Of a stretch of DNA of 64,000 bases, positions 17,761 through 31,994 are shown piece by piece (the stretch's first letter is position 1; every line of letters starts with the position of its first letter). The translations under genes and the position numbers were made by a program. The stretch lies in NCBI RefSeq assembly GCF_009914755.1, contig NC_060927.1; one strand, written 5' to 3'. The DNA is from the human T2T-CHM13v2.0 reference genome, Homo sapiens. A model generated the notes under the pieces. That model was not told the DNA's origin. It searched no databases and saw nothing but the letters and a program-made list of their open reading frames with translations.

Positions 17761-19269
17761 ATCTAAGAGGCTTTGGAAACAAGATCTATTCTTATCTAAG
17801 GAAGTAGCATCCTAAATAGCAATTTAATCCTAAGAAGGTATATTAAATTACAAACAAGAAGATTAGATCTTGGATGCATTTAGCTTTTTAATAGTCCTAA
17901 TATATGAATTTGGTAAACAGGAATCAGGCTTAGGGGGCGGCGGCAGGGGGCTATAAGTGACTCTCTCAAGAGATTTCACAATAAGCCTGTGACAAATCCA
18001 AAAATAAGAGACTAGATGTTTTTCACTTCAAAGCCAAAGAGCCAAACATGTCACTGCTAATTTCAAAATCCTGAGTCTCCATAGAATACAGTCTCAATTA
18101 GTTTATTGTTTCCGTTTGCGTAAAGGATTCATGCCTTGACTAAAACCAATTCATTGTTGCCTAGAAAAATGGAAAGGATTAGAAAGGGCAAAGAAAAAAG
18201 ATGAAAAGTTGTCATTCTACTTTAACCACAAACTATTTTTGTGATTAGAACACAAATTAATAGTTTATCCTTCAGCCCCAAGCATCTAGAAAAGTAGATA
18301 AGTTCTTCAATGAATAAAATTAATCAGTGACTTTTTTCACTGTTGGACAGACTTGCTTTCAGACAGAAACAGTGAGGAGAAATGTGCTGCATCCCAACAA
18401 CGACTCAGGGTGCCACCTCGTTCTTCACAAAGAGGATTAGCTTAGTGAAACAAAGAAGTGGAAGATATTTGTTCCGCTTACTCTATAATGCACCATCTCA
18501 ATTGTTCTCTTCTAGAGAAAAAATGATGGGTGCTTAGAGCTCTGAATCAACCATCCTATGGGGCTCTGTTCTGTTACCCATTGTTAGCACTAATCCCATT
18601 TGAATATGTTGGCATTGTTTTAAAGACAGTACAAAGAAATTAAACAGCGCTAATTTACTTGCTACCAGATTTTAAAGGTTTGAATGGCACTTGCTTTCTG
18701 ATCTGGCTATATATAAAAACCGGACACTTTTTTTAAAGAAAAGTATTTTTCATATCAATTTCAGTTCCTTAAATTGACATTAGTAAACACAAAATTTGCT
18801 CATGATCTTTACATTTCTCCACTGTCATTGCTTTTTCATCTCCTTTCCTCAACTATTGACCTGTTCCTATATCCTTCTAAGACTAAAACCAGACCTCACA
18901 GATTATTCCCCTGTGCCCACACAAGGATTCGACAGTCCTGAGAATTCCATAGTCCTAAGAATCCATATTACCTGAAGCAGACATCCTTTTTCCTGATGGG
19001 TTACATGAGCATCTAAGTCAAAGTTTCTATATCTTCCATGTTGCCTAGTAATATTGTATGTATTCAGCAGGTACTCAATGTTGTGTGTTTGAGAATTTTT
19101 TCTCTGTTTAATTACAAATTAATAAATTTAAAATGAACATTAAGATTAATTTACAACTTTTCTTCCTATAGGACTCTGTAATTTAATATACCTTCTAAGG
19201 ATTAAAGTGCCATTTGTACATAACTATGTTGGATGCTACCTCCTCAGATAAGAATATATCTCTCCCCAA

Positions 19270-19484
19270 AATTAAATTCATCCTAGAAAAAATAAATCTT
19301 TGTTTAACCACCACTGTGCTCAAGAAATTGTCTCATCTTACTCTCCAACCTGCAGCGAGGGGGAGAAGAAAGGAAGAGGTAAGATAAACTGTGACTCCAC
19401 AGGGCAGTGCTGGGTTAATCCTAAGGGTAGTGATGGGTGGTGGTAGAGAGGGCTTGGTGGGTGTGATCAGAAATGACACTGATT
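19270..19484 (-). repeat. Arm B of the inverted duplication, left part (pairs with ~17545-17760)
   Basis: Reverse complement ctgatcacacccaccaagccctctctaccaccacccatcactacccttaggattaacccagcactgccct matches 17559 onward. Confidence 0.95.
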
Positions 19485-20360
19485 GGAGTTTGCTGGAGGT
19501 CGACTCCAGACCCTGTTTGCCTGGGTATCACCAGCAGAGACTGCAGAACAGCAAATATTGCAGAACAGCAAATATTGCTGCCTGATCCTTCCTCTGGAAG
19601 CTTTGTCTCAGAGGAGCACCCAGCTGTATGAGGTGTCAGTCAGCCCCTACTGGGAGGTGTCTCCAAGTTAGGCTACACAGGGGTGAGGGATCCACTTGAG
19701 GAGGCAGTCTGTCCGTTCTCAGAGTTCACTGTGCTGGGAGAACCACTGCTGTCTTCAGAGCTGTCAGACATGGACGTTTAACTCTGCAGAAGTTTCTGCT
19801 GTCTTTTTTTCAGCTATGCCCTACTCCCAGAGGTGGAGTCTACAGAGGCAGGCAGGCCTCATTGAGCTGCAGTGGTCTCCACCCAGTTCAAGCTTCCCTG
19901 CCACTTTGTTTACGTAGTCAAGCCTCAGCAATGGCGGACGCCCCTTCTCCAGCCAGGCTTGCCTCCTCGCGGTTCAGTCTTGGAATAGCAGTGAGCAAGG
20001 CTCCGTGGGCATGGGACCTGCTAAGCCAGACACGGGATATAATCTCCTGGTGTGCTGTTTGCTAAGACCATTGGAAAAGCACAGTGTTGAGGTGGCAGTG
20101 TCCCGATTTTCCTGGTACAGTCTGTCACGGCTTCCCTTGGCTAGGAAAGGGAAATCCCCCCACCCCTTGTGCTTCCCCGGTAAGGCAATGCCCCACCCTG
20201 CTTTGGCTCACCCTCCATGGGCTGCACCAACTGTCCAACCAGTCCTAATGAGATGAACCAGGTACCTCAGTTGGAAATGCAGAAATCACCCGTCTTCTGC
20301 ATCAATCATGCTGGGAGCTGCAGACCAGAGCTGTTCCTATTCGGCCATCTTGTAACGGAC
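19483..20360 (-). promoter_or_regulatory. Inverted L1 5'UTR (internal Pol II sense promoter and antisense promoter)
   Basis: Minus strand reads ggtccgttacAAGATGGCCgaataggaacagctc (YY1 site at the L1 start) through to cctccagcaaactccaa. Confidence 0.85.
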
Positions 20361-20650
20361 CTATATTTCTTAATTGTTTAAGGCAGTCTGAGTTTTCTGA
20401 TACCTAATGCCATCAACAGATTCTTGGAAACTGTGGCTATAGCATGGGACGCTGATTTGGGGGGGTTGCCCTTGACACAGTGCCCCTCTGGCACCTGGCC
20501 AGAACCTCCCAGGGCGAAGGTCAGGGGCTGAGAGGCATGGGGTTAATGGGGCAGTGAAGGACGGATCCCTAAGTGCAGGGTGCACACAGGGAGCAGAGAC
20601 ATGGAGGCAGCAGCATCGCACCCCCAGGGCTCTGCCCAGCAAGCCACCTG
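20361..20650 (-). other. Non-L1 GC-rich segment, probable 5' transduction from the donor locus
   Basis: Contiguous with L1 nt 1 on the minus strand via ...aacaatt/aagaaatata. My count is 117/180 G+C over 20461-20640, against AT-rich flanks. Confidence 0.75.
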
Positions 20651-23600
20651 CAGCCCAGAAAGGCCTGTTGTAAGGAAAACTAACAAACAGAAAGGAATAG
20701 CATCAACAACAACAACAAAAATGACATCCACACCAAAATCTCATCTGTAGTCACCATCATCAAAGACCAAAGGTAGATAAAAGCACAAAGATGGGGAGAA
20801 ACCAGAGCAGAAAAGCTGAAAATTCTAAAAACCGGAGCGCCCCTTCTCCTCCAAAGGATCACAGCTCCTTGCCAGCAATGGAGCAAAGCTGGACGGAGAA
20901 TGACTTTGACGAGTGGACAGAAGTAGGCTGCAGAAAGTTAGTAATAACAAACTTCTCCAAGCTAAAGGAGGATGTTTGAACCCATCGCAAGGAAGCTAAA
21001 AACTTTGAAACTAGAATAAACAGTGGTGTAGGGAAGACCTTAAATGACCTGATGGAGCTGAAAACCATGGCACAAGAACTACGTGACACATGCACAAGCT
21101 TCAGTAGCCGATTCCATCAAGTGGAAGAAAGGGTATCAGTGATTGAAGATCAAATGAATGAAATGAAGTGAGAAGAGAAGTTTGGAGAAAAAAGAGTAAA
21201 AAAAAAATGAACAAAGCCTCCAAGAAATATGGGACTATGTGAAAAGACCAAATGTAAGTTTGATTGGTGTACCTGAAAGTGACAGGGAGAATGGAACCAA
21301 GTTGGAAAACACTCTTCAGCATATTATCTAGGAGAACTTCCCCAACCTAGAATGCAGGCCAACATTCAAATTCAGGAAATACAGAGAACACCACAAAGAT
21401 ACTCCTTGAGAAGAGCAACCCCAAGACACATAATTGTCAGATTCATCAAGGTTGAAATGAAGGAAAAAATGTTAAGGGCAGCCAGAGAGAAAGGTCAGGT
21501 TACCCACAAAGGGAAGCCCATCAGACTAACAGCAGATCTCTCGGCAGAAACTCTACAAGCCAGAAGAGAGTGGGGGCCAATATTCAACATTCTTAAAGAA
21601 AAGAATGTTCAACCCAGAATTTCATATCCAGCCAAACTAAGCTTCATAACTGAAGGAGAAATAAAATCCTTTACAGACAAGCAAATGCTGAGAGATTTTG
21701 TCACCACCAGGCCTGCCCTACAAGAGCTCCTGAAGGAAGCACTAAACATGGAAAGGAACAACCAGTACCAGCCACTGCAAAAACATGCCAAATTGTAAAG
21801 ACCATTGATGCTAGGAAGAAACTGCATCAACTAATGGGCAAAATAACCAGCTACCATCATAATGACAGGATCAAATTCATACATAACAATATTAACCTTA
21901 AATGTAAATGGGCTAAATGCCCCAATTAAAAGACACAGACTGGCAAATTGGATAAACAGTCAAGACCCATCAATGTGCTGTCTTCAGGAGACCCATCTCA
22001 TGTGCAGACACACACATAGGCTCAAAACAAAGGGATGGAGGAAGATCTACAAAGCCAATGGAAAGCAAAACAAAGCAGGGGTTGCAATCCTAGTCTGTGA
22101 TAAAACAGACTTTAAACCAACAAAGGTCAAAAGAGACAAAGAAGGCCATTACATAATGGTAAAGGGATCAATTCAACAAGAAGAGTTAACTATCCTAAAT
22201 ATACATGCACCCAATACAGGAGCACCCAGATTCATAAAGCAAGTCCTTAGAGACCTAAAAGAGACTTAGACTCCCACACAATAATAATGGAAAACTTTAA
22301 CACCCCACTGTCAATATTAGATAGATCAACCAGACAGAAGGTTAACAAGGATATCCAGGACTCGAACTCAGCTCTGCAGCAAACAGACCTAATAGACATC
22401 TACAGAACTCTCGACCCCAGATCAACAGAATATACATTCTTCTCAGCACCACATCACACTTATTCCAAAATTGACCACATAGTTGGAAGTAAAGCAGTCT
22501 TTAGCAAATGTAAAAGAACAGAAATCACAACAAACTGTCTCTCAGACCACAGTGCAATCAAATTAGAACTCAGGATTAAGAAACTCACTCAAAACTGTAC
22601 AACTACATGGAAACTGAACAACCTGCTCCAGAATGACTATTGGGTAAATAATGAAATGAAGGGAGAAATAAAGATGTTCTTTGAAACCAGTGAGAACAAA
22701 GACACAATGTAGTGGAATCTCTGGGACACATTTAAAGCAGCATGTAGAGGGAAATTTATAGCACTAAATGACCACAGGAGAAAGCAAGAAAGATCTAAAA
22801 TTGACACCCTAACATCACAATTAAAAGAACCAGAGAAGCAAGACCAAACACATTCAAAAGCTAGCAGAAGGCAAGAAATAACTAAGATTAGAGCAGAACT
22901 GAAGGAGATAGAGACACAAAAAGCCCTTCAAAAAATCAATGAATCCAGGAGCTGGTTTTTTGAAGAAATCAACAAAATTGATAGGTGCCTAGCAAGACTA
23001 ACAAAAAAGAAAAGAGAGAAGAATCAAATAGATGCAATAAAAAATAATAAAGGGGATACTGCCACTGATCCCACAGAAATACAAACTACCATCAAAGAAT
23101 ACTATAAACAACTCTATGCAAATAAACTATAGAATCTAGAAAAATGGAAAAATTGCTGGACACATACACCCTCCCAAGACTAAACCAGGAAGAGGTTGAA
23201 TCTCTGAATAGACCAATACCAGGCTCTGAAATTGAGGCAATAATTAATACCCTACCGACCAAAAAAAGCCCAGGGCCAGACAGATTCACAGCCGAATTCT
23301 ACCAGAGGTACAAAGAAGAGCTGGCACCATTCCTTCTGAAACTATTCCAAACAACAGAAAAAGAGGGACTCCTCCCTAACTCATTTTATGAGGCCAGCAT
23401 CATCCTGTACCAAAGCCCAGCAGAGACACAACAAAAAAAGAGAATTTTAGACCAATATCCCTGATTAACATCGATGCAAAAATCCTCAATAAAATACTGG
23501 CAAACCGAATCCAGCAGCACATCAAAAAGCTTATCGACCGCAATCAAGTTACCTTCATCCCTGGGATGCAAGGCTGGTTCAACATACGCAAATCAAAAAA

Positions 23601-23787
23601 CGTAACCCATCACATAAACAGAACCAAAGACAAAACCACATGATTATCTCAATAGATGCAGAAAAGGCCTTTGACAAAATTCAACAGCGCTTCATACTAA
23701 CAACTCTCAATAAACTAGGTATTAATGGGATGTATCTCAAAATAATAAGAGCTATTTATGACAAACCCACGGCCAATATCTTACTGA

Positions 23788-24111
<324 letters not shown>

Positions 24112-24118
24112 TGAGTGA

Positions 24119-24517
<399 letters not shown>

Positions 24518-25931
24518 TGATACCAAAACAGAAATATAGACCAATGGAACAGAACAGAGGCCTCAGTAATAATACCACACATCTACAACCATCTGATCTT
24601 TGACAAACCTGAGAAAAACAAGAAATGGGGAAAGGATTCCCTATTTAATAAATGGTGCTGGGAAAACTGGCTAGCCATATGTAGAAAGCTGAAACTGGAT
24701 CCCTTCCTTACACCTTATACAAAAATTAATTCAAGATGGATTAAAGACTTAAATGCTAGACCTAAAACCATAAAAACCCTAGAAGAAAACCTAGGCAATA
24801 CCATTCAGGACATAGGCATGGGCAAACACTTCATGACTAAAACACCAAAAGCAATGGCAACAAAAGCCAAAATTGACAAATGGGATCTAATTAAACTAAA
24901 GAGCTTCCGCACAGCAAAAGAAACTACCATCAGAGTGAACTGGCAATCTACAGAATGGGAGAAAATTTTTGCAATCTACCCATCTGACAAAGGACTAATA
25001 TCCAGAATCTACAAAGAACTGAAACAAATTTGCAAGAAAAAATCAAACAACCCCATCAAAAAGTGGGCGAAGGATACGAACAGACACTTTTCAAAAGAAA
25101 ACATTTATGCAGCCAACAGACACATGAAAAAATGCTCATCATCACTGGTCATCAGAGAAATGCAAATCAAAACCACAATGAGACAGCATCTCACACAAGT
25201 TAGAATGGCGATCATTAAAAAGTCAGGAAACAACAGGTGCTGGAGAGGATGTGGAGAGATAGGAAAGCTTTTACACTGTTGGTGGGACTGTAAACTAGTT
25301 CAACCATTGTGGAAGACAGTGTGACGATTCCTCAAGCATCTAGAACTAGAAATACCATTTGACCTAGCCATCCCATTACTGTGTATATACCCAAATGATT
25401 ATAAATCATGCTTCTATAAAGACACATGCACACGTATGTATATTGTGGCACTATTCACAATAGCAAAGACTTGGAACCAATCCATATGTCCATCAATGAT
25501 AGACTGGATTAAGAATATGTGGCACATATACACCATGGAATATTATGCAGCCATAAAAAGGGTGAGTTCATGTCCTTTGTAGGGACATGAATGAAGCTGG
25601 AAATCATCATTCTGAGCAAACTATCACGAGGACAGAAAACCAAACACTGCATGTTCTCACTCATAGGTGGGAATTGAACAATGCGACCAGTTGGACACAG
25701 GGCGAGGAACATCACACACTGGGGCCTGTCGTGGGGTGGGGGTAGCGGGGAGGGATAGCTTTAGGAGAAATACCTAATGTAAATGATGAGTTAACGGGTG
25801 CAGCAAGCCAACACGGCACATGTATACATATGTGACAAACCTGCATGTTCTGCACATGTACCCTAGAACTTGAAGTATAATAAAATAAGTAAATAAATAA
25901 ATAAGAAGTAAAAAAAGAAATGCCACTGATT

Positions 25932-26458
25932 ACTGAAACTGCTGCTAGCGCCTGCGAAAATTCAGATTTAAAAATTTCCACTTGTCAAATTCTCAATTTT
26001 GATTCCTACTAACCTCAAAATGGAGCCAGATGGCAATATGCCTGTTCTAAGCAAGGCTAGGAGAGGAGAAAGCAAATATAAGCAGTTGACACATATTACA
26101 GGTCTGGCCCCAGATTTTGCTCCAGAAATATCAAATGGTGAGTGGCCACCATATTGAAGAGCTTGAAATCTGAAGACAACTCCAATTCTTCAAACCACAG
26201 CAAATATCAGTAATGAATTTCCTTATATCTAACAGCTGTGCCCGCTCACTCTACAGTGGACACTGAGTGATACACCCTTCTTTCCCCTCTTCAGAAATGG
26301 TCTTTCTCTCCCAGTTTCTAGGAGAGCTGCCCAAAGACTACCTTTAGCTACCAGCCTCTTTGAGAGATGGACTCAGGTGAAGAGAGCTGCCTCATACAAT
26401 TTCATGCCCCATTTTCAGGATTGTTCACCTCCAGAGACTGATGAGTGTGGAGATGTAA
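25932..26458 (-). repeat. Arm B of the inverted duplication, right part (pairs with 17024-~17545)
   Basis: catattacaggtctggccccagattttgctccagaaatatcaaatggtgagtggcca is the reverse complement of ~17329-17385. Confidence 0.95.
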
Positions 26459-26801
26459 CTTCAAAGAGCTGTGTTAATGTAGGTTCTTCAGGTGTTTGGG
26501 AAACAGGTGTCTCACAGAGCACGCTTTGCAAGAATAGTTAGCGAAAAACATAGTTTCAGGATGTCTCCAAAGCACAGTAACTTCTTTTTTTCTTCTGAAA
26601 CACTAAAAACTACAACTACTGTCGTACCAAGTAGGCCAGAAATCAAGACAACATTCTAGCTGCCTTTTCTGTGAGGAAGAGACAGCAAAATTTCATTAAA
26701 AGCAAGGCACCAGTATGTTTCTCAGGAACTCATTCTGTTACGTATTTATTGTTTTGCTAACTATATAGCTAGAGGGGAAGATGGAAAATCTTACAAGAAT
26801 A

Positions 26802-27326
26802 CAGTAGTCCCCTCTTATCTGTGGCTTTGCTCTGTGAGGTCTGAACATATAAAATGTGAAGTTTCAGCAATAAACAATTCGCAAGTTTTAAGTTGCATGT
26901 CATTCTGAGTAGTGTGATGAAATCTCACTCCCCACTACTTCCTCCTGCCAGGGATATGAATCATCCCTTTGTCCAGAGTATCCACGATGTCTACACGACC
27001 TGCCCATTCATCAGTTCACTCATCACTGAGACAGCTACTAAGTGACTGTTGCAGAATAACAGTGCTTGTGTTCCAGTAACCCTTATTTTACTTAATAATG
27101 GCCCCAAAGCACAAGAGTAGTGATGCTGGCATATTGTTTTAATTGTTTTATTTCATTATTGTTGTAGTTAATCTCTTACTGTGCCTAATTTATAAATTAA
27201 ACTTTATCATAAGTATATATGTATAGGAAAAAGACATCATATATATAGGGTTCAGTACTGTCCACGGTTTCAGGCATCCACTGGGGGTCTTGTAATGTAT
27301 CCCCCATGGATGAGGGGAGACTGCCA
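26802..27326. mobile_element. MER44-like (Tigger-derived) non-autonomous DNA transposon
   Basis: TIRs cagtagtcccctcttatc ... gatgaggggagactgcca, flanked by TA on both sides. Confidence 0.8.
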
Positions 27327-27843
27327 TAGTCAATTTTGTTCCATTTATTTTTGTTTTATAAGTAATACCCATTTAACATACATAACTGTTCTAAATTTGA
27401 AAAATTTAGAGGAGACATTATCTGCTTTCACAGAACTTGAAATCTAAACATTTGATTTTTAGGCAACATTAGTTACTAGTACAAATGTGGGAGAGCTTTA
27501 GTGAAGATAGTAAGAAAAATAAATAGTGAGTGATGCAGAATTCATTATATTTTATTCAGACTGCATTACATCCATGTTTTATAGCAGATTTATTTTCCTA
27601 AACCTGTTAAGTTTCAGCAAGTATTAAACCTGATTTACATTCTACAGGGACATCTCCTTGGATGATTATGAAAATAGTGCCTGGAAGATACCGAGGAGAC
27701 TGTGAGTAAACAGTGCTGCTCCTGTCCATGAAGAACCCTGCAGCAGCTGGTACTCAGTAGGCACTCAGCGACTATGCTGAAATGAATGAACACAAGAGAA
27801 ACCACAAAGGGGTTCACAATAGCCTCCTCTTGGATTATCTAGG

Positions 27844-28035
27844 ACAATGGTTTTTAAACTCTAACTTCCTGAGAACCACCTGGAGGCTTGTTAGAACACA
27901 GGTTCCTGGGCCCCTTTCCCAGAGTTTCTAATTGAGCAGGTCTGGGGTAAAGCCCATGAATTTGCATTCCTAACAAGGTCCCAGGAGATGCTGCTACTGC
28001 TGGCTTCGTGAGCACACTTTGTGAACCAGTACTCT
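27844..28035. mobile_element. MER5A
   Basis: cacctggaggcttgttagaacacag...gcaggtctggggt...atttgcattcctaacaaggtcccaggagatgctg. Confidence 0.75.
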
Positions 28036-30254
28036 AAAGATAGATTTATATCACAAGCTTGACTTCCCATGTCCCCAGATATAAAATATGCCCCTCATTC
28101 TTCATTTTCACACCAAAAATGAGAAAAAGCTGAGAAACTGGCAAGCCTACTATATTGCTCATGGAGCCACCCTCAGTGTTGGACTGGAGTAAGCTGGGCA
28201 AGCTGGTTCCAGCCCTCAGTTCCCTGGGAACACAGCTATAGCTGAAGATCCTACTAGCTGTGTCCTTGACAATTCCACTTGGGTTCTCATAGTTACCCAT
28301 TTCAACAAATGACATCTCTTCAGATGTACAAGCCAGCCATGATGTCATCTTTGATACCTCCTCCTTCCTTATAACTCATACAGCTTCATCTGGTCCTTGA
28401 AAAGGTTAAAGGAGCCTGAGTAATTGAGTAGAGAAGAGCATGCCATCAAGGTTAATGGAATGTAATTTGAGTGGGAACAAGCCTTACTTTGTCAGGACCC
28501 TGAGGTTTTGTGTTTGTTCTTTAACACAACTAGCATAAATTCTCCAATTTGTATAATCTGGGACCTAGGAGAAGTTATGACCTCATTGCTTTACTCTCCA
28601 TAGCCCACTCTTCAAACGAGGATTTTGAGTTATCCCAGATTCCAGCTTCCTTCTACAGCTTATAGATATATACCTAAACATATGGATATACAGATAAGTC
28701 TATCAGTCAATAGATGTATCAATATATAGAGTCTCTTTTTATACAGGGCAGAGTCTCCTTCTACAGCTTAGTGAGATACAGATACACAGAGCAGAGTCTC
28801 CTCTAGGTCATATTTTCTCTATCCACATAGTTAATATATCTGAAGCTCCTACAATAGGAATCCTTGGAAATTCAGCAGACACAGACCCCAATTTCTATTT
28901 GAAAAATAAAATTAAGAACATTAATTAAAAATTAAAATCTATACACACAGGAGTATTCAAATTTCCAAGATATAGGAAAACATTTTTTTCATATGAAATA
29001 AATGAGCAGCTACACGGCTTTTGGTCTCCGAACTGAGAAGACAACACCAGAAACACTTTTTAGTTCTACGATGTTAATTTAGGCCTAAAATTAAAATTAG
29101 ATGAGGGCCTGAAATTCGTACCAATGAAGATGAGAAAATATTTTTTAGTTATCAAATGATTTTATAAATAGCTATACAAAAGTTAATGGGAGGTGTGCAG
29201 ATTCTTGGCAGCTAGGCACCTACTAAAACAAAAGAATTCAAGAGTTTTGTTTCTTTCTAAACACTGTTTATGAAAATTAGGAAAATGATATTTCACATAC
29301 TTGTTTGGTTACCATGACATAATTTAAATATATAGACACAGATGCAATTCCAAATTACCCACAATATTAGTGATAGTAAGGAAGAGTTAAGGATTTATTA
29401 ACTGGTATTTTTATAAAGGAATAGATAATTATATAAAACACTGGCTTTCAAATTTGCTTGATCACAACCCATAGAAATAACACTTTTTAAATGACCTAGT
29501 CCATACATGCATATGAATATATACAAACTATATGTATACCTGAAACAAAAAATTTACAAAACAGTACTTAGCCTTATATGTGCCATATACCCTATTTTAA
29601 TCTCTATCACTTTTTCATGCTAGTCAAAACTCATTAAATGGATTATGCAATCCAATATTAAATTGTGACATGCAATTTCAAAAACAAATAATACAAAATA
29701 TTGTCTTTGAAAAATGATATTTTTTCTTAGATGTCCTCTAGTTGTTAAACTATAATGATAAAATGGAAGATACCACTAGATTTACAAAAAGTTAAAAATC
29801 AATACACTCTTTGAATAGATCAACAAGCCAGGAGAACGAGGATGGGTAAAAGTGAAATCTCAAGATCAATAAGGCTTAAGTGGATTATAATCATCTATAA
29901 TCCATGGTGTTGATCATAGTCTTCGTGAGACACATCTAAATTATCTGCCTTTGACTAGTTGATAGTAACAGGAAATAGAAATGTAGTTCTTTGTCCCACT
30001 TCCTTAAAAAAAGAAAAAGAGCAAAAGATTCCCTTTATTATTATGTAGATATTTCCAGATCTATCTAGTTATTTCCAATTATAAAAGTAATATATATTAT
30101 TTGAAAACATTTTTGAAAATACAGAGGGATGAAAGTCTGAAGGAGTGCTAGGAGAGAAGAGATGGGCTGGAAGAGGGAAAAAGAGTGCCATCCACAGAAA
30201 AATTTTTCCAGCTTCTGGGAACTGAGTAGCAAAAATGCTTCTCTTTTTCCCTGG

Positions 30255-30375
30255 TAGCATTCATTCATACATGAAGTATTCTGGTTTACTATGTGCCAAA
30301 CACTGGTCTATGTGCTGGCAATACACCAATGAACAAAACAGATAGATATCCGCACCCTCACAGAGTTTAAAAATG
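30255..30375 (-). mobile_element. L2 3' fragment
   Basis: cattcattcat...actatgtgccaaacactggtctatgtgctgg...aatgaacaaaacaga. Confidence 0.6.
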
Positions 30376-30932
30376 AAGGTAGTTGGTAGGCTCTTAGAAG
30401 CAATGTGGGGATGAGCTCACAGCCCTCACAGAGATTCCTATCACTGAGCTTAGCAGGAATCCTGGGTTCAAAAAGATAAGTGGGCTTGGACAAGACAGGT
30501 ATTTAAACCAAGAAGCATTTCCCTGAGCACCTCGTAATCTTCTGGTATGCCTGGGTCCAATACACAAAATTAAAATAAAATTATTGGCAATGAATTTCCC
30601 AGCTATGTCCAGGCAACATAGCTTCTTGTAGTTAGATTTAATTACTCAAGAAAAGTGGGTAACGTGATAGCTTAGCTTAGCTTTTGCACAGCTAAGTTTG
30701 CGGAGTAAAAATCATGTCAACTATAAAGAGGAAGACAAAACAGACAGATTTAAATTTTTATTTGAATTCATTTCTCAATACCAGAAACTTTATTTTACCT
30801 TCTCCATTTATGCCTGTTTTGGAGTTACCCATTATCAACTGTGTGTGTGTATATGTGCATGTGTTTGAAGAAAGGCTCATGGGAGATATATCACCTGAGT
30901 GCATGTATGTTTGGAAATGTCTGCCTGTTTCC

Positions 30933-31994
30933 TTTCTCCACATCCTCTCCAGCACCTGTTGTTTCCTGACTTTTTAATGATCGCCATTCTAACTGGTGTG
31001 AGATGGTATCTCATTGCGGTTTTGATTTGCATTTCTCTGATGGCCAGTGATGATGAGCATTTTATCATGTATCTGTTGGCTGCATAAATATCTCCTTTTG
31101 AGAAGTGTCTGTTCATATCCTTTGCCCACTCTTTGATGGGGTTGTTTGATTTTATTCTCGTAGATTTATTTAAGTTCTTTGTAGATTCTGGATATTAGCC
31201 CTTTGTCAGATGGGTAGATTGTGAAAATCTTCTCCCATTCTGTAGGTTGCCTGTTCACTCCTATGGTAGTTTCTTTTGCTGTGCAGAAGCTCTTTAGTTT
31301 AATTAGATCCCATTTGTCTATTTTGGCTTTTGTTGCCATTGCTTTTGGTGTTTTAGTCATGAAGTCCTTGCCCATGCCTATGTCCTGAATGGTACTGCCT
31401 AGGTTTTCTTCTAGTGTTTTTATGGTTTTACATCTAACACTTAAGTCTTTAAGATGTGAAGGACCTCTTCAAGGAGAACTACAAACCACTGCTCAACAAA
31501 ATAAAAGAGAACACAAACAAATGGAAAAACATTTCATGCTCATGGATAGGAAGAATCAATATCATGAAAATAGCCATACTGCCCAAGGTAAGTTATAGAT
31601 TCAATGCCATCCCCATCAAGCTACCAATGACTTTCTTCACAGAATTGGAAAAACTACTTTAAAGTTCATATGGAACCAAAAAAGAGCCCACATTGCCAAG
31701 ACAATCCTAAGCAAAAGAACAAAGCTGGAGGCATCCCGCTACCTGACTTCAAACTATACTACAAGGCTACAGTAACCAAAACAGCATGGTACTGGTACCA
31801 AAACAGAGATCTAGACCAATGGAACAGAACAGAGCCCTCCGAAATAACACCACACACCCACAACCATCTGATCTTTGACAAACCTGAGAAAAACAAGAAA
31901 TGGGAAAATGATTCCCTATTTCATAAATGGTGCTGGGAAAACTGGCTAGCCATATGTAGAAAACTGAAACTGGATCCCTTCCTTACACCTTATA
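30933..31994 (-). mobile_element. L1PA ORF2 fragment, 5'-inverted and 3'-truncated
   Basis: 30933-31452 is antisense ORF2 (downstream part) and 31453-31994 is sense ORF2 (the immediately upstream part). No 3'UTR, poly(A) or TSD. Confidence 0.9.

Noticed and set aside
20361-20650. GC-rich segment as an SVA/VNTR piece or an independent insertion; 90-aa ORF 20370-20642
   Set aside because: No hexamer, VNTR or poly(A), and no TSD of its own. It is contiguous with L1 nt 1, and the ORF has no recognisable homology.
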